46,275 nucleotides of DNA from Nanobdellati archaeon (GCA_019429125.1 JAHYJO010000013.1:1-46275); one strand, 5' to 3'. Shown: positions 18,655 to 28,049, counted from the first letter of the stretch. Translations and numbers: made by a program. The notes: a model not told the origin generated them from the letters alone.

Positions 18655-19479
18655 ATGGCAGTTACAATCACTTTTGAAAAGAAACATTTCTTGATAGCAG
18701 GTTTAATTATTGCTATACCTTTTTTGTTGATTGCTATCAGCAATATTTTTGCTGCAACAACAATGCCAGCTGTAGGCCATTCTATCTCTGAACTCTTTGT
18801 TAATGATGATTTTGACTTAAATGGTAATAAGATTATTGGTTCTGGGAATATAACAATAACGGGTTCTGGTAATGGTATCATTTTTTCGGATAATACTATA
18901 CAGACAAGTGCAATAAATGAGGAATTAATAATACAATCCGTGAGTTTTGATATTTCTTATCCAGATGGACATAATAATATAATTCCAATAACTGTGAGTA
19001 ATTTGGATACCACTCGTTATACAGTTCCTGCTGGAAAAAATTTGTATATTACAAATCCTCAAATAATGGGCACTAATAGACTTTACATAGATAATAAAGC
19101 AATTCTTTATGGTACGTTTAATATGGAGGGTTTGAGTCTTGCACAACCAATCATTGTAGGTGAAGGTCAGAACGTTACTGCGAATGTATTTACAGTTGTA
19201 ATTAATGGTTTTTTGGTAGATTCAACAGTTGTTCCAATAACTGTGAGTAATTTGGATACCGCTCGTTATACAGTTCCTGCTGGAAAAAATTTGTATATTA
19301 CAAGTACTCATATACTAGGCAATAGGAATAGAATTTACATAGATGATAAAGCAATTCTTTATGGTACGTTTAATATGGAGGGTTTGAGTCTTGCACAACC
19401 AATCATTGTAGGTGAAGGTCAGAACGTTACTGCGAATGTATTTACAGTTGTAATTAATGGTTATCTAAGAGATATTTAA
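18655..19479 (+). CDS. Membrane-anchored adhesin- or tail-fibre-like protein with two C-terminal 83-aa repeats
   Basis: N-terminal TM; GHSISEL and IIFSDNTIQTSA stalk-like motifs; YTVPAGKNLYIT repeat twice. Confidence 0.75.
   Translation: MAVTITFEKKHFLIAGLIIAIPFLLIAISNIFAATTMPAVGHSISELFVNDDFDLNGNKIIGSGNITITGSGNGIIFSDNTIQTSAINEELIIQSVSFDISYPDGHNNIIPITVSNLDTTRYTVPAGKNLYITNPQIMGTNRLYIDNKAILYGTFNMEGLSLAQPIIVGEGQNVTANVFTVVINGFLVDSTVVPITVSNLDTARYTVPAGKNLYITSTHILGNRNRIYIDDKAILYGTFNMEGLSLAQPIIVGEGQNVTANVFTVVINGYLRDI
18983..19462 (+). repeat. Near-identical direct repeats 18983-19210 and 19232-19462 (249-bp period)
   Basis: Identical except for 9 substitutions and one 3-bp indel; the last ~117 bp are identical. 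Confidence 0.97.
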
Positions 19480-19600
19480 AATATTGTGACTATAATTATA
19501 TACTAAGTTTAACTGTTTAATATCTATTTCGTTCTGAAAAACTATTCCTGAAATTATATATTATTTATTTAGATTATAACCTAATACTTAATAGTTTTAA

Positions 19601-19988
19601 CCTAACTTTGACATTTAGGACTTTTTTGTTTTTTTTGAGTTTTTTTAATACCTGAATTTGACAGAGATTAGTATGTTAATTGATTGCGTTTTTTATATTT
19701 TTTAACTTATTTTTTAATACCCAATTTGACAATTTGTATTCATAAATCAAAATAGGTTATTATAGATTGATCTATATTGAAATTCAGATTTAATCTAGTA
19801 AAAATTAAGAAAATTCACAAAAATTATGAAACAAATACGATATTTATTCTTATTTTTTACCATAAATTAACTTATTTTTAGTCCAAAAGCAAGAAAATTA
19901 TATGAAAAATAGAAGTAAAAGTACTAACAATAGCCAACTGTCAAATAGATATTCTGAATGAAATAGTTAACAAACTGTCAAACTTGGG
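19601..19988. mobile_element. 388-bp MITE (family B), possibly IS1634-like ends
   Basis: Ends CCTAACTTTGACA..TGTCAAACTTGGG; TTTTAA on both sides (19595-19600, 19989-19994); extra internal TTTGACA/TGTCAAA motifs; homologous to 30144-30327. Confidence 0.8.
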
Positions 19989-20070
19989 TTTTAAAGTACA
20001 AATTTTCTAAAAATTCATCCCTAGTTTTCTCCAGAATACCAGATTACATTATTGTCTATCATTATAAACA

Positions 20071-21678
20071 TCATTTCAAACTGTCCAATATCTCTACAAC
20101 TCTCTTTTCACCAATCGCTTTTATAAATCCTGTAAGTCTTGGTCCGCGCTCTTGTCCAATCAGCGCAAGATAGAACCCTTTGAAGAAGTTTTTCATTTCA
20201 AGATTCTCTTTTTCTACAGTCTCTTTGAACATGCCGAAAAGGTCGTCTTCACTATAACTTTTAGCTTTTAGATTTTTTGCCACTAGTTTTAATGATTTTA
20301 TTTGCGCATCGGAAAGTTTGCGGATTATGTCTTTTGGGATTTTATTGTTTATTTTTATCTTGAACTGTTCTGTTGCATATTTGTCAAGCCATTTGTCTGC
20401 GCATTCAATTATCTTTTCTACACGCATGACATCAAAAGGCAGTGGGTCTTTGAAATCTTCAAGAATAATTTGTTTTGTGCGATCTTTATTCTGTGTGGCC
20501 TGTAATGTGTCACAGACTGTACGAAATGCGGGTTGTATAGGCAATTTTTTGGGGATTATAAAAGGTATTGATAGTCTGTAAACTCTTTTTAGATGCGCTA
20601 GTTTTTTTAGGTTATTTTCGTCTTCTAAGAAATATGCGCGTTCTGTCTTGTAGAAATCGTCATAAACCTTGAACAATTCATCATCAAAGGCGATTGCGAA
20701 TTCCTTGTTTGGTTTTGTGCCTGCGAATAGGAATCTTAATATTTCTGGTAAGTATACATCTAAGACATCCTGTACTGAGAATACATTCCCTAATGACCCG
20801 GACATTTTGCCGCCTATGCCTTTTAAGATTATGTAATCATACATTTTGTATATTGGAGGTTCAGTTAAAAATATGTGTTTGATAATTACTTTTGCTGTGT
20901 CTCTTGAACCGCCTGCGCTTGAATGTTCTTTGCCACCGGGTTCAAAGTCTACATTTTCAACATTCCATCTCATAGGCCAGTCCACTCGCCATAGTGGTTT
21001 TACTATACCTACTTTTCGAAAGTCAATTTTATTTTTGTTTCCGCACTTGCATTCGTATGAGATTTCGTATTCTTCGTCATAACCTGTTACTTTTGTGAAG
21101 TCTGTGCCACATTTCTCGCAGTAGACTTCAAGAGGTATCCAGTCTTTGACATGATCTTCTTTTCTGAACTTGTCAAGTATTTTTTTTAACCGTGCTCGGG
21201 CTTTAAGGGCAATTCTTATGTTTTCTGCATATGTGCACGACTTGAATTTTTCGTTCTGCCTTATGAACTCAATGTTTAAGTCAAGGTCTTTTAATGATTC
21301 TTCAAGTTCTTTTTCAAAATGATCAGCATATGAATCGTGGCAACCGTAAGGGTCTGGGACTGAGGACACTGGGTGTCCTATAAACTGTACAAGTCTTTCT
21401 TGTTCGGGTAGGTTTTTTGGGACTTTTCTGAATCGGTCGTAGTCATCCCAGGAATATATGAATCTTATCTTTTTACCACGGTATTCCATAGCTTTTACTA
21501 TGAGGTCTGTTGTTATTATCTCTCTGAAGTTGCCTATATGGACTGTTCCTGATGGTGTAATGCCAGATGCACATACATACTTTTTTTTGTCTCCTTTTTC
21601 AGTTATTATCTGGTCTGCAACCTGATCAGCCCAGTGAATGAGCTCTTCATTTTTTGGAGATTGATTTTTGTCTTCCAT
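20071..21678 (-). CDS. lysS: Class I lysyl-tRNA synthetase
   Basis: HWAD, GITPSGTVHIGNFRE, WRVDWPMRW, EPGGKEH, KMSGSLGN and GPRL motifs. Confidence 0.98.
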   Translation of the reverse strand: MEDKNQSPKNEELIHWADQVADQIITEKGDKKKYVCASGITPSGTVHIGNFREIITTDLIVKAMEYRGKKIRFIYSWDDYDRFRKVPKNLPEQERLVQFIGHPVSSVPDPYGCHDSYADHFEKELEESLKDLDLNIEFIRQNEKFKSCTYAENIRIALKARARLKKILDKFRKEDHVKDWIPLEVYCEKCGTDFTKVTGYDEEYEISYECKCGNKNKIDFRKVGIVKPLWRVDWPMRWNVENVDFEPGGKEHSSAGGSRDTAKVIIKHIFLTEPPIYKMYDYIILKGIGGKMSGSLGNVFSVQDVLDVYLPEILRFLFAGTKPNKEFAIAFDDELFKVYDDFYKTERAYFLEDENNLKKLAHLKRVYRLSIPFIIPKKLPIQPAFRTVCDTLQATQNKDRTKQIILEDFKDPLPFDVMRVEKIIECADKWLDKYATEQFKIKINNKIPKDIIRKLSDAQIKSLKLVAKNLKAKSYSEDDLFGMFKETVEKENLEMKNFFKGFYLALIGQERGPRLTGFIKAIGEKRVVEILDSLK

Positions 21679-21728
21679 AGATATCGCCTTAAAGGATGTA
21701 TAATATTTATGTAGAAAGGTTATAAATG

Positions 21729-22623
21729 TTAAAGTTTGCTATGTTTTGTTTCGATATCTCTTTGTAGGTCTGTAAGGGTGGTGTTTTTATTTTGACTAAC
21801 TTCTTCTTGTAGCCTATCAAATGGTTTATTAACCTTATGTGAATAATCCAATATTTCATCTTTAGTTTTTCTAGGATGCATGATACTATCTTCATTCTCA
21901 AAGTCATCAGGTAAATTATAGTCCATATGACCAAATTCGTGTGATAATGTCTGCATAGCAACTGATTTTTGTGTATCGATAGTTTTATCTTTAAAATTTA
22001 CCAATGAAATAGTTAACTGATGCCTTTTATCCTCAAATTCAGCATGAGACCCATAACCAAAAAAGCCCCGTCCAACAAAATGATAATCTAAAATATCCGT
22101 ATTATGAAGGATGAAGGCGTGGAGAAACTGTATGGTGATTGAGTAAAACCATTAATATATTACATTCGGGATTTTGCTCTTTTTCTTCTTTCCATAATTT
22201 TTTTTCAACCATGAAATGTAGTGCCTCAGGTGATTGTGAATTTTTAACATAATTATTCCATAATAGAGTCTTATATGCTTTTTTTGGAGTATTATCTTTT
22301 TTGGAATAGTCACCAAGGGTAACTATCGAATCATGAAATTCCACATTATCAGTACTATATTTTAACAGTATTTTTTTATCTATTTTATCTAGATATTCAA
22401 AAGAGTCATTGAATGTTTTATTATCCCATTCGAGATATTTATTGTTCCATGTCTGTAATGTTTTGTTATATTTTTCCAATTCTTCTGAATTAACATACAT
22501 AACTTTATTTATCACTTCATATCCCTGTTTTTCCAAACACTTTTGGATATAATCAATTACTGGTTTACGATTATCATTTTTATCAATTGGGTCTGTAAGC
22601 AAAATAAATTTTTTATTTTCCAT
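21729..22623 (-). pseudogene. Zincin metalloprotease-like gene split by a 7-bp tandem duplication
   Basis: Removing one ATGAAGG copy (22104-22117) fuses ORFs 22102-22623 and 21729-22004 into 295 aa containing SHEFGHMDYNLPD..SIM. Confidence 0.8.
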
Positions 22624-22681
22624 GGTTTAATTTAATTGAAGAAATTATTTAAATGCCATCTTTATTTAAGAAAAAAAAGAG

Positions 22682-22756
22682 TGAGCCCGAAGGGATTTGA
22701 ACCCTCGACACCCGGATTAAAAGTCCGGTGCTCTAGCCAGACTGAGCTACGAGCCC
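22682..22756 (-). tRNA. tRNA-Lys(UUU), intronless, no encoded CCA
   Basis: GGGCTCGTAGCTCAGTCTGGCTAGAGCACCGGACTTTTAATCCGGGTGTCGAGGGTTCAAATCCCTTCGGGCTCA folds as a cloverleaf with anticodon TTT. Confidence 0.97.
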
Positions 22757-22885
22757 ACATAGATATGTGTTTTTGAAGTGAATTCTTTATATTATTATTG
22801 ATACCTTTATAAACTTTTAGGTTTGGCTGATACCAAATGATCTAATATATAAGAATAAGAGCATATTATTATAATAGGTGTTCTT

Positions 22886-23650
22886 ATGAAAAACAAGACA
22901 ATTCTATTTTCAGTACTGGTAATCACGCTATTGTTGATATCAGCAACTGTTGCAGCATATTGGATAATTCCTGCATCAGACATGGCTAAGAGCAAGGCAA
23001 AGGCTCCGGAAATGTCACCAGTCATAGATGAATATTGGGATATTGAAAAGATAGAGTTTGTACATAATTTTGATGCAAAACCTTCAAAACCTGGCAAGCC
23101 TTCAGGACAGGATTTATGCTACAAGCTGATGGGAATAAAATGGAAAACTCTTCCAGTATCATATACAATTAACCCTGTAAATCCATACAACCTTACTCCG
23201 GAATTTATAACTGGCGCCATCTCAAAATCTGCAGAAATCTGGGACTCTGAGACAACAGCTGAAATCTTCAGCGAGTCATATACAATTGATTATTCTGCTA
23301 CTTATGGTGTTCAAGATTATAAGAATAGTGTCGTATTTGGTAATGGTCTTGATTCAAATACAATAGCTGTGACAACTGTCTGGTATACACGGCGTGGAAA
23401 GCAGATTTTAGAGTTTGACATGAAATTCAATACAGATTATGTATGGGGGAATGCATCAGAGATGCCAGAAGTCATGGACCTTGAGAATATAGCGATTCAT
23501 GAGATAGGACATGCTTTTGGGCTTGCAGATATTTATACAATGTCTTGTTCAGCAGTTACTATGTATGGTTATTCTAGTTATGGTGAAACTAATAAACAGA
23601 CTCTTGAACAACCAGATATCACAGGGCTTCAAGCTATATATGGTCCTTGA
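22886..23650 (+). CDS. Secreted matrixin-like (metzincin) metalloprotease
   Basis: Signal peptide; HEIGHAFGLAD; Met-turn VTMY; DITGLQAIYG ending; AGGTG SD. Confidence 0.9.
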   Translation: MKNKTILFSVLVITLLLISATVAAYWIIPASDMAKSKAKAPEMSPVIDEYWDIEKIEFVHNFDAKPSKPGKPSGQDLCYKLMGIKWKTLPVSYTINPVNPYNLTPEFITGAISKSAEIWDSETTAEIFSESYTIDYSATYGVQDYKNSVVFGNGLDSNTIAVTTVWYTRRGKQILEFDMKFNTDYVWGNASEMPEVMDLENIAIHEIGHAFGLADIYTMSCSAVTMYGYSSYGETNKQTLEQPDITGLQAIYGP

Positions 23651-23654
23651 AGGA

Positions 23655-23673
23655 CTTTTTCTTTTCTTTTTTT
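23655..23673 (+). terminator. Oligo-T archaeal terminator-like tract
   Basis: CTTTTTCTTTTCTTTTTTTG immediately after the stop, between convergent genes. Confidence 0.45.
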
Positions 23674-23759
23674 GATTTCTTATTCAGATATATTTTTAAA
23701 AAGTAGATATATATGAAAAATATGAAAAGACAGAAATAAAAATTCAAAAAAAGTTAATC

Positions 23760-24173
23760 TCAAACGGGCAAAGGACAGCCACTAAGCTCTGAAAGTTTTG
23801 CAAATGTCTGTTCGCCTGGATAATTTGAGCCATCTATAAACCAGGTGGGATATCCAGTCACGCCAGCGTTCTTGCACTCAAATTCGTTGTCTGGGCATTC
23901 AACGTAGTCAACATAGTCAAATGACTTGCCAAACGCTTTTTTCTGGTTCTTGCAATGAGAACACCATTCTGCGCCATACATTTTTACGCCTTTATCTGTT
24001 AAACATTTTGCGAAGTCATCATATTGGGCAGGAGTATTCATTGCGGGGTTTTTTAGAGCTAATAGTATTGCAATAAGAATCAATAAAACTACTGCAACCA
24101 TCATGTATTTTTTACTGTTATCTACCTTGTAGTTGTCTTTTTTAACAGTTTTTTTATTTTTCTTTTGTACCAT
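23760..24173 (-). CDS. Membrane-anchored thioredoxin-like oxidoreductase (similar to the Trx domain of bacterial VKOR fusions)
   Basis: TM; MYGAEWCSHC.NQK; YVEC..C; GYPTW; LSGC. Confidence 0.9.
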   Translation of the reverse strand: MVQKKNKKTVKKDNYKVDNSKKYMMVAVVLLILIAILLALKNPAMNTPAQYDDFAKCLTDKGVKMYGAEWCSHCKNQKKAFGKSFDYVDYVECPDNEFECKNAGVTGYPTWFIDGSNYPGEQTFAKLSELSGCPLPV

Positions 24174-24269
24174 GAGTTATGTTTGCGAGAAACAGATATA
24201 TATAATTAATCATTATTACTCATTAGGTTGAAAATATTGATGAAATCTGATTAAATTCAATTATCAGAT

Positions 24270-24674
24270 TTAATTGTTATTAATTTCTTTGAAGACTTGT
24301 ACAGGTTCATTTATGTAAATGTAACTTATGATTTTGTGATAGACAATACATTTGGGTGCCGGTGTGTGCATTTCTCCCTGATATTTGTTGTTGACATATT
24401 TTTTTCGGACTGTCTCAATAAGAGTAATACCATAATTGTCAACATTTAAGACTTTGCCTGAGACATATTCATTTATTATCAATTGATTTGAGACTTGGTC
24501 ATACAAGGATTTTACTTCAATTGTAACTTTTTTGCCTTTAAGTGTCTGAAGATGTTCTAAATTCTTGTTCATAGCATTTGTTATCGGATTGATGCAATCT
24601 ATATTTAGGTTATGCTTTCTGGATTTTGTGTCTTTTGTTTTTAGTTTGTTGAAAATGGAGAATGCCATACTCAA
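24270..24674 (-). CDS. Hypothetical protein, possible Sm/Hfq-like fold
   Basis: GKKVTIEV..SGKVLNVDNYGITL (Sm1-like) and IVYHKIISYI (Hfq Sm2-like). Confidence 0.5.
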   Translation of the reverse strand: MSMAFSIFNKLKTKDTKSRKHNLNIDCINPITNAMNKNLEHLQTLKGKKVTIEVKSLYDQVSNQLIINEYVSGKVLNVDNYGITLIETVRKKYVNNKYQGEMHTPAPKCIVYHKIISYIYINEPVQVFKEINNN

Positions 24675-24703
24675 TTATTGTTATATGAGACATATATAGT
24701 TTT

Positions 24704-24985
24704 TTAGAAATGTTTGTATTTAATGGTGAATGACGAAAAACCGGATATTAGTGGTAGGCGGGTTATCTTTATGTCATCTACTTTTGATTCTGGCGGGCCT
24801 TCTTTTAGTTTTTTGACAAAATTGTCTATATTTTCTTTTGAACCTTCAACTGTAATCTCAACCTGTCCTGTGTCAAGATTTCTGCACCAGCCCATAATCT
24901 TAAAATTATCTGCCCAGGTCTTGGCGAAGCGCCTGTAGCTTACCCTCTGCACTTTTCCTGTGACTAGGATGTTTAATTGGTACAT
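24704..24985 (-). CDS. acyP: Acylphosphatase
   Basis: VTGKVQRVSYR, GWCRNLDTGQVE and GPPESKV motifs. Confidence 0.93.
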   Translation of the reverse strand: MYQLNILVTGKVQRVSYRRFAKTWADNFKIMGWCRNLDTGQVEITVEGSKENIDNFVKKLKEGPPESKVDDIKITRLPLISGFSSFTIKYKHF

Positions 24986-25022
24986 GAGTGTTATTTATAA
25001 AACTCTCTTAATAAATTTTTGC

Positions 25023-25625
25023 ATGAGACATTTTTATGTGAAATCTACAATAGGCAAGACTTGCGGGGATTTCAATCTTAATGATACAGCAGGCGGTGCA
25101 GGACGGCTTGATATTATTGCGCGCTCTATCAATTCTGCGCTGTGGCTGTCACATTCGCTCAGGCGCGATGTAAATTTTCACACAATCCTTTTTGGTGAAC
25201 CAAACCCACCCATATATATCGAAATTGTTGGCGATAAAGTGCGCAAAGTCCAGCCGGATGAAAGAAATATCACAATTTTTATCAAGAAAGCAATTGAAAG
25301 ATTCAATGAAGGAAGATTTACACAGACTACACCTGGTATCTATTCTGGCAGGCGTACTTTTGACGAGATGATAGAAAAACATAAGGATTGTGACTTTTAT
25401 CTGTTGTCTGAGGGGGGCGCTGACATTTCTGACGTTGGGATATCAGACAATGCGTTCTTTATCCTTGGAGATAAAGAGGATTTAACGGCTGAAGAAATTG
25501 CAGTTTGTGAGAAGTATGGCGCTAAAAAAGTGTCACTTGGAAAGGTGCCGTATCTGTCTAGTCATTGCATAGGATTCTTGAATGTGTATCTTGATAGGGC
25601 TACTGAAAAGAAGTCTGTTGATTGA
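25023..25625 (+). CDS. trmY: tRNA (pseudouridine54-N1)-methyltransferase, SPOUT family
   Basis: AGRLDIIARSI, LSHSLRRDV, PDER, FILGD and SLG..YLSSHCI motifs; ATG 25023 preferred. Confidence 0.93.
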   Translation: MRHFYVKSTIGKTCGDFNLNDTAGGAGRLDIIARSINSALWLSHSLRRDVNFHTILFGEPNPPIYIEIVGDKVRKVQPDERNITIFIKKAIERFNEGRFTQTTPGIYSGRRTFDEMIEKHKDCDFYLLSEGGADISDVGISDNAFFILGDKEDLTAEEIAVCEKYGAKKVSLGKVPYLSSHCIGFLNVYLDRATEKKSVD

Positions 25626-25638
25626 TTGGATTTTATAT

Positions 25639-26628
25639 TTATTTTATTTTTGAATTCCCAGATTTTCCTTTTTTATTTTTGATTCTTTTTGCAATAGTAA
25701 TATGGTTTGGAAAAAGTTCTTTTTTTATTTTACCACCTAAATCGTTATATATCTCTTGAAAATCTAACTTATAGTCATTAAGTTGACCTTTAATTATTCT
25801 ATTATTATATTCTTTTGAATAATGTTCTATCAATTCTAAAATATTATCAGTATGAATAGCGATAGAATCAAGATTGTTTGAGACCTTTACAAATTCTATT
25901 AGGGTAGGTGGTGCGTATTTGTTTAGGTATTTCTGCTTCAATAGATTGAACATTTTTGTAGGGGGGAATATTGTCTCTATATCTTGTTTTATGTAGTTCT
26001 TAATTGATTTATTCATATATGTAAATGAAAAATCATGTGATGCACCGTTAGTCCTTATTTGCGTATCAAGTTGATTAATTATTTCACAGAGTAAATTAAT
26101 TCCTGTTATAAATGTATATATTTTTTCAGGAGTAATCATATCTGTTTTTTTATTCCAAATGTCATGACTTTCATTTTTGATGTATGTGAAAATATCATCA
26201 GATATCTTATTTTTGTCAATAGTATGTCTGTTGTCATAAACCCATTTAAAAAATTGCGCCTTGTTATCATCTAGTTGTTCTTTTTTGTTATCAAATGGAT
26301 TCTCAATATTTGTAATCAGAAATAATTCAAGATACTGAGTAGGATTAATACTTAACTCAGATATATTTTTTGAACTAGAAGAATAATACTCCAAAAATTT
26401 AATTCTGTCCTCCTTCGAAATATCTAATTGGTACGCTTTTAGATTTTGTGTATTATTTTGTGGATAATGTCTATGTCTAAATTCTGGAGGGTCTAAATCA
26501 AGATCAGGCATTGGTGTGTATTGATTACTAATATCAAATCTTGTATTAATTTGAAAAGGGTTAAAAAATTCATATAATCCATTTGTCCTTTGATCTAAAT
26601 CAGTCGGATATCTCATATATATCATCAC
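25639..26628 (-). CDS. Hypothetical protein (very AT-rich orphan)
   Basis: 329-aa ORF with no recognisable motif. Confidence 0.65.
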   Translation of the reverse strand: MMIYMRYPTDLDQRTNGLYEFFNPFQINTRFDISNQYTPMPDLDLDPPEFRHRHYPQNNTQNLKAYQLDISKEDRIKFLEYYSSSSKNISELSINPTQYLELFLITNIENPFDNKKEQLDDNKAQFFKWVYDNRHTIDKNKISDDIFTYIKNESHDIWNKKTDMITPEKIYTFITGINLLCEIINQLDTQIRTNGASHDFSFTYMNKSIKNYIKQDIETIFPPTKMFNLLKQKYLNKYAPPTLIEFVKVSNNLDSIAIHTDNILELIEHYSKEYNNRIIKGQLNDYKLDFQEIYNDLGGKIKKELFPNHITIAKRIKNKKGKSGNSKIK

Positions 26629-26780
26629 TTATATGTTATAAATTTATATGTGCTAACTTGTTACATAGATTTATTTAGTATAAACATTTATTAATTTTTT
26701 ATAGATTTTATGTATTTGGATTCTTTTTCGTATTTTTTACACAATCCTTTTATAAAAATAATGTCCTCAATATTAATCTT

Positions 26781-28049
26781 ATGATAATTATTGACTTAGC
26801 TTCTAAAATCCTTGCAGATGGATATGTATGTGACCACTGTCTCGGGCGGCAGTTTGCAAAGCTCCTTTCAGGGTACAGCAATAAGGATCGTGGTAATATA
26901 GTCCGCAATGCTGTTGCTTTTGCGCTTGATTCAGGCGACACTATCAAAATAGATCCTGTCAACTTACAAGATATTAAATTCAGGACCTACAAGATTAAAA
27001 AGATGCAAGTTCCAGTCTGCAAAGTTTGTGATAATATATTTCTTCAAGTTCCTGAAAAAAGTGAACGGGTAATAGAAAACATTAAAGACTCAGAATTTGA
27101 TACAATACTTGTGGGTGCTCGGCTTTCGGGAAGACTTATAGATAACGAAGAACAACTTTGGGAATCTGTCGGTACTGAATTCTGTGAGTCTATCAAGATG
27201 GAACTATCAAGATTTATGGGACAGTTTATCACTACAAAAATCAAGAAAGATCTTGATCGCGCAAATCCACAGATTACAGTCGTTTATGATTTTGAGGAAA
27301 ATGATTTTGAGATAGGTATAGGTTCTCTATTTATTTATGGTAAATATAAGAAATTTATGCGCGGTATCCCACAGACTAAATGGCCATGCTCTAAATGCAG
27401 GGGTCTCGGTTGCGATTCTTGTGACTGGACGGGTAAACAGTACAAAGAGACAGTTGAAGAGTTGATTGCTGCACCTGTTCTTGAAGAGACCGAAGGTATC
27501 AATTCTAAATTCCATGGCGCTGGACGTGAAGACATTGATGCGCTTAATCTTTGTGGCAGGGAATTTGTCCTTGAAATACAGGAACCAGTAAAACGGTCCA
27601 TTGACCTTGTAAAACTTGAGAAAGAGATAAACAAGATTAATAAAGATAAAGTTTCAGTCTCAGAACTTGCTTTTTCTGATAAGAAAACTGTGGTTGACCT
27701 TAAAGAGAAAAAAGCTGACAAGACATACTTTGCAGTAGTTGAGCTTGATGCACCCATAACTGAAGCCGACATCAAAAAGATTGATGTTCTTAAAGGTAAG
27801 ATTATAAAGCAAGAGACTCCTGAACGGGTTACGCATAGAAGAGCTGACATTACACGGGAGCGAAAAGTAATTGATATCAGTTGCGAATTTATTGATTCTA
27901 AAAATATAAGGATTAAAGTTAAAGGGGAAGCAGGACTTTACATAAAAGAGCTTATATCATCTGATAACGGCCGAACTAAACCATCTGTGAGCGCTTTATT
28001 GGGTGTTGGTGCGACAGTAACTGCTCTTGATGTTGTTGATATTGAGTGA
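26781..28049 (+). CDS. pus10: tRNA pseudouridine(54/55) synthase Pus10
   Basis: CDHCLGRQF, GIPQTKW, HGAGREDIDA, GLYIKELISSDNGRTKPS. Confidence 0.97.
   Translation: MIIIDLASKILADGYVCDHCLGRQFAKLLSGYSNKDRGNIVRNAVAFALDSGDTIKIDPVNLQDIKFRTYKIKKMQVPVCKVCDNIFLQVPEKSERVIENIKDSEFDTILVGARLSGRLIDNEEQLWESVGTEFCESIKMELSRFMGQFITTKIKKDLDRANPQITVVYDFEENDFEIGIGSLFIYGKYKKFMRGIPQTKWPCSKCRGLGCDSCDWTGKQYKETVEELIAAPVLEETEGINSKFHGAGREDIDALNLCGREFVLEIQEPVKRSIDLVKLEKEINKINKDKVSVSELAFSDKKTVVDLKEKKADKTYFAVVELDAPITEADIKKIDVLKGKIIKQETPERVTHRRADITRERKVIDISCEFIDSKNIRIKVKGEAGLYIKELISSDNGRTKPSVSALLGVGATVTALDVVDIE

Noticed and set aside
18983-19462. Complete DGR cassette
   Set aside because: No reverse transcriptase, Avd or non-coding template in the window; neither copy has A at all variable sites. 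Kept only as a hypothesis.
21700-22760. Provirus or island integrated at tRNA-Lys
   Set aside because: No integrase, and no duplicated tRNA 3' end seen in the window.
24243-24271. TGATGA..CTGA as a C/D box sRNA
   Set aside because: The boxes are only 3 nt apart; the AAATCTGAT/ATCAGATTT inverted repeat is better read as a hairpin at a gene end.
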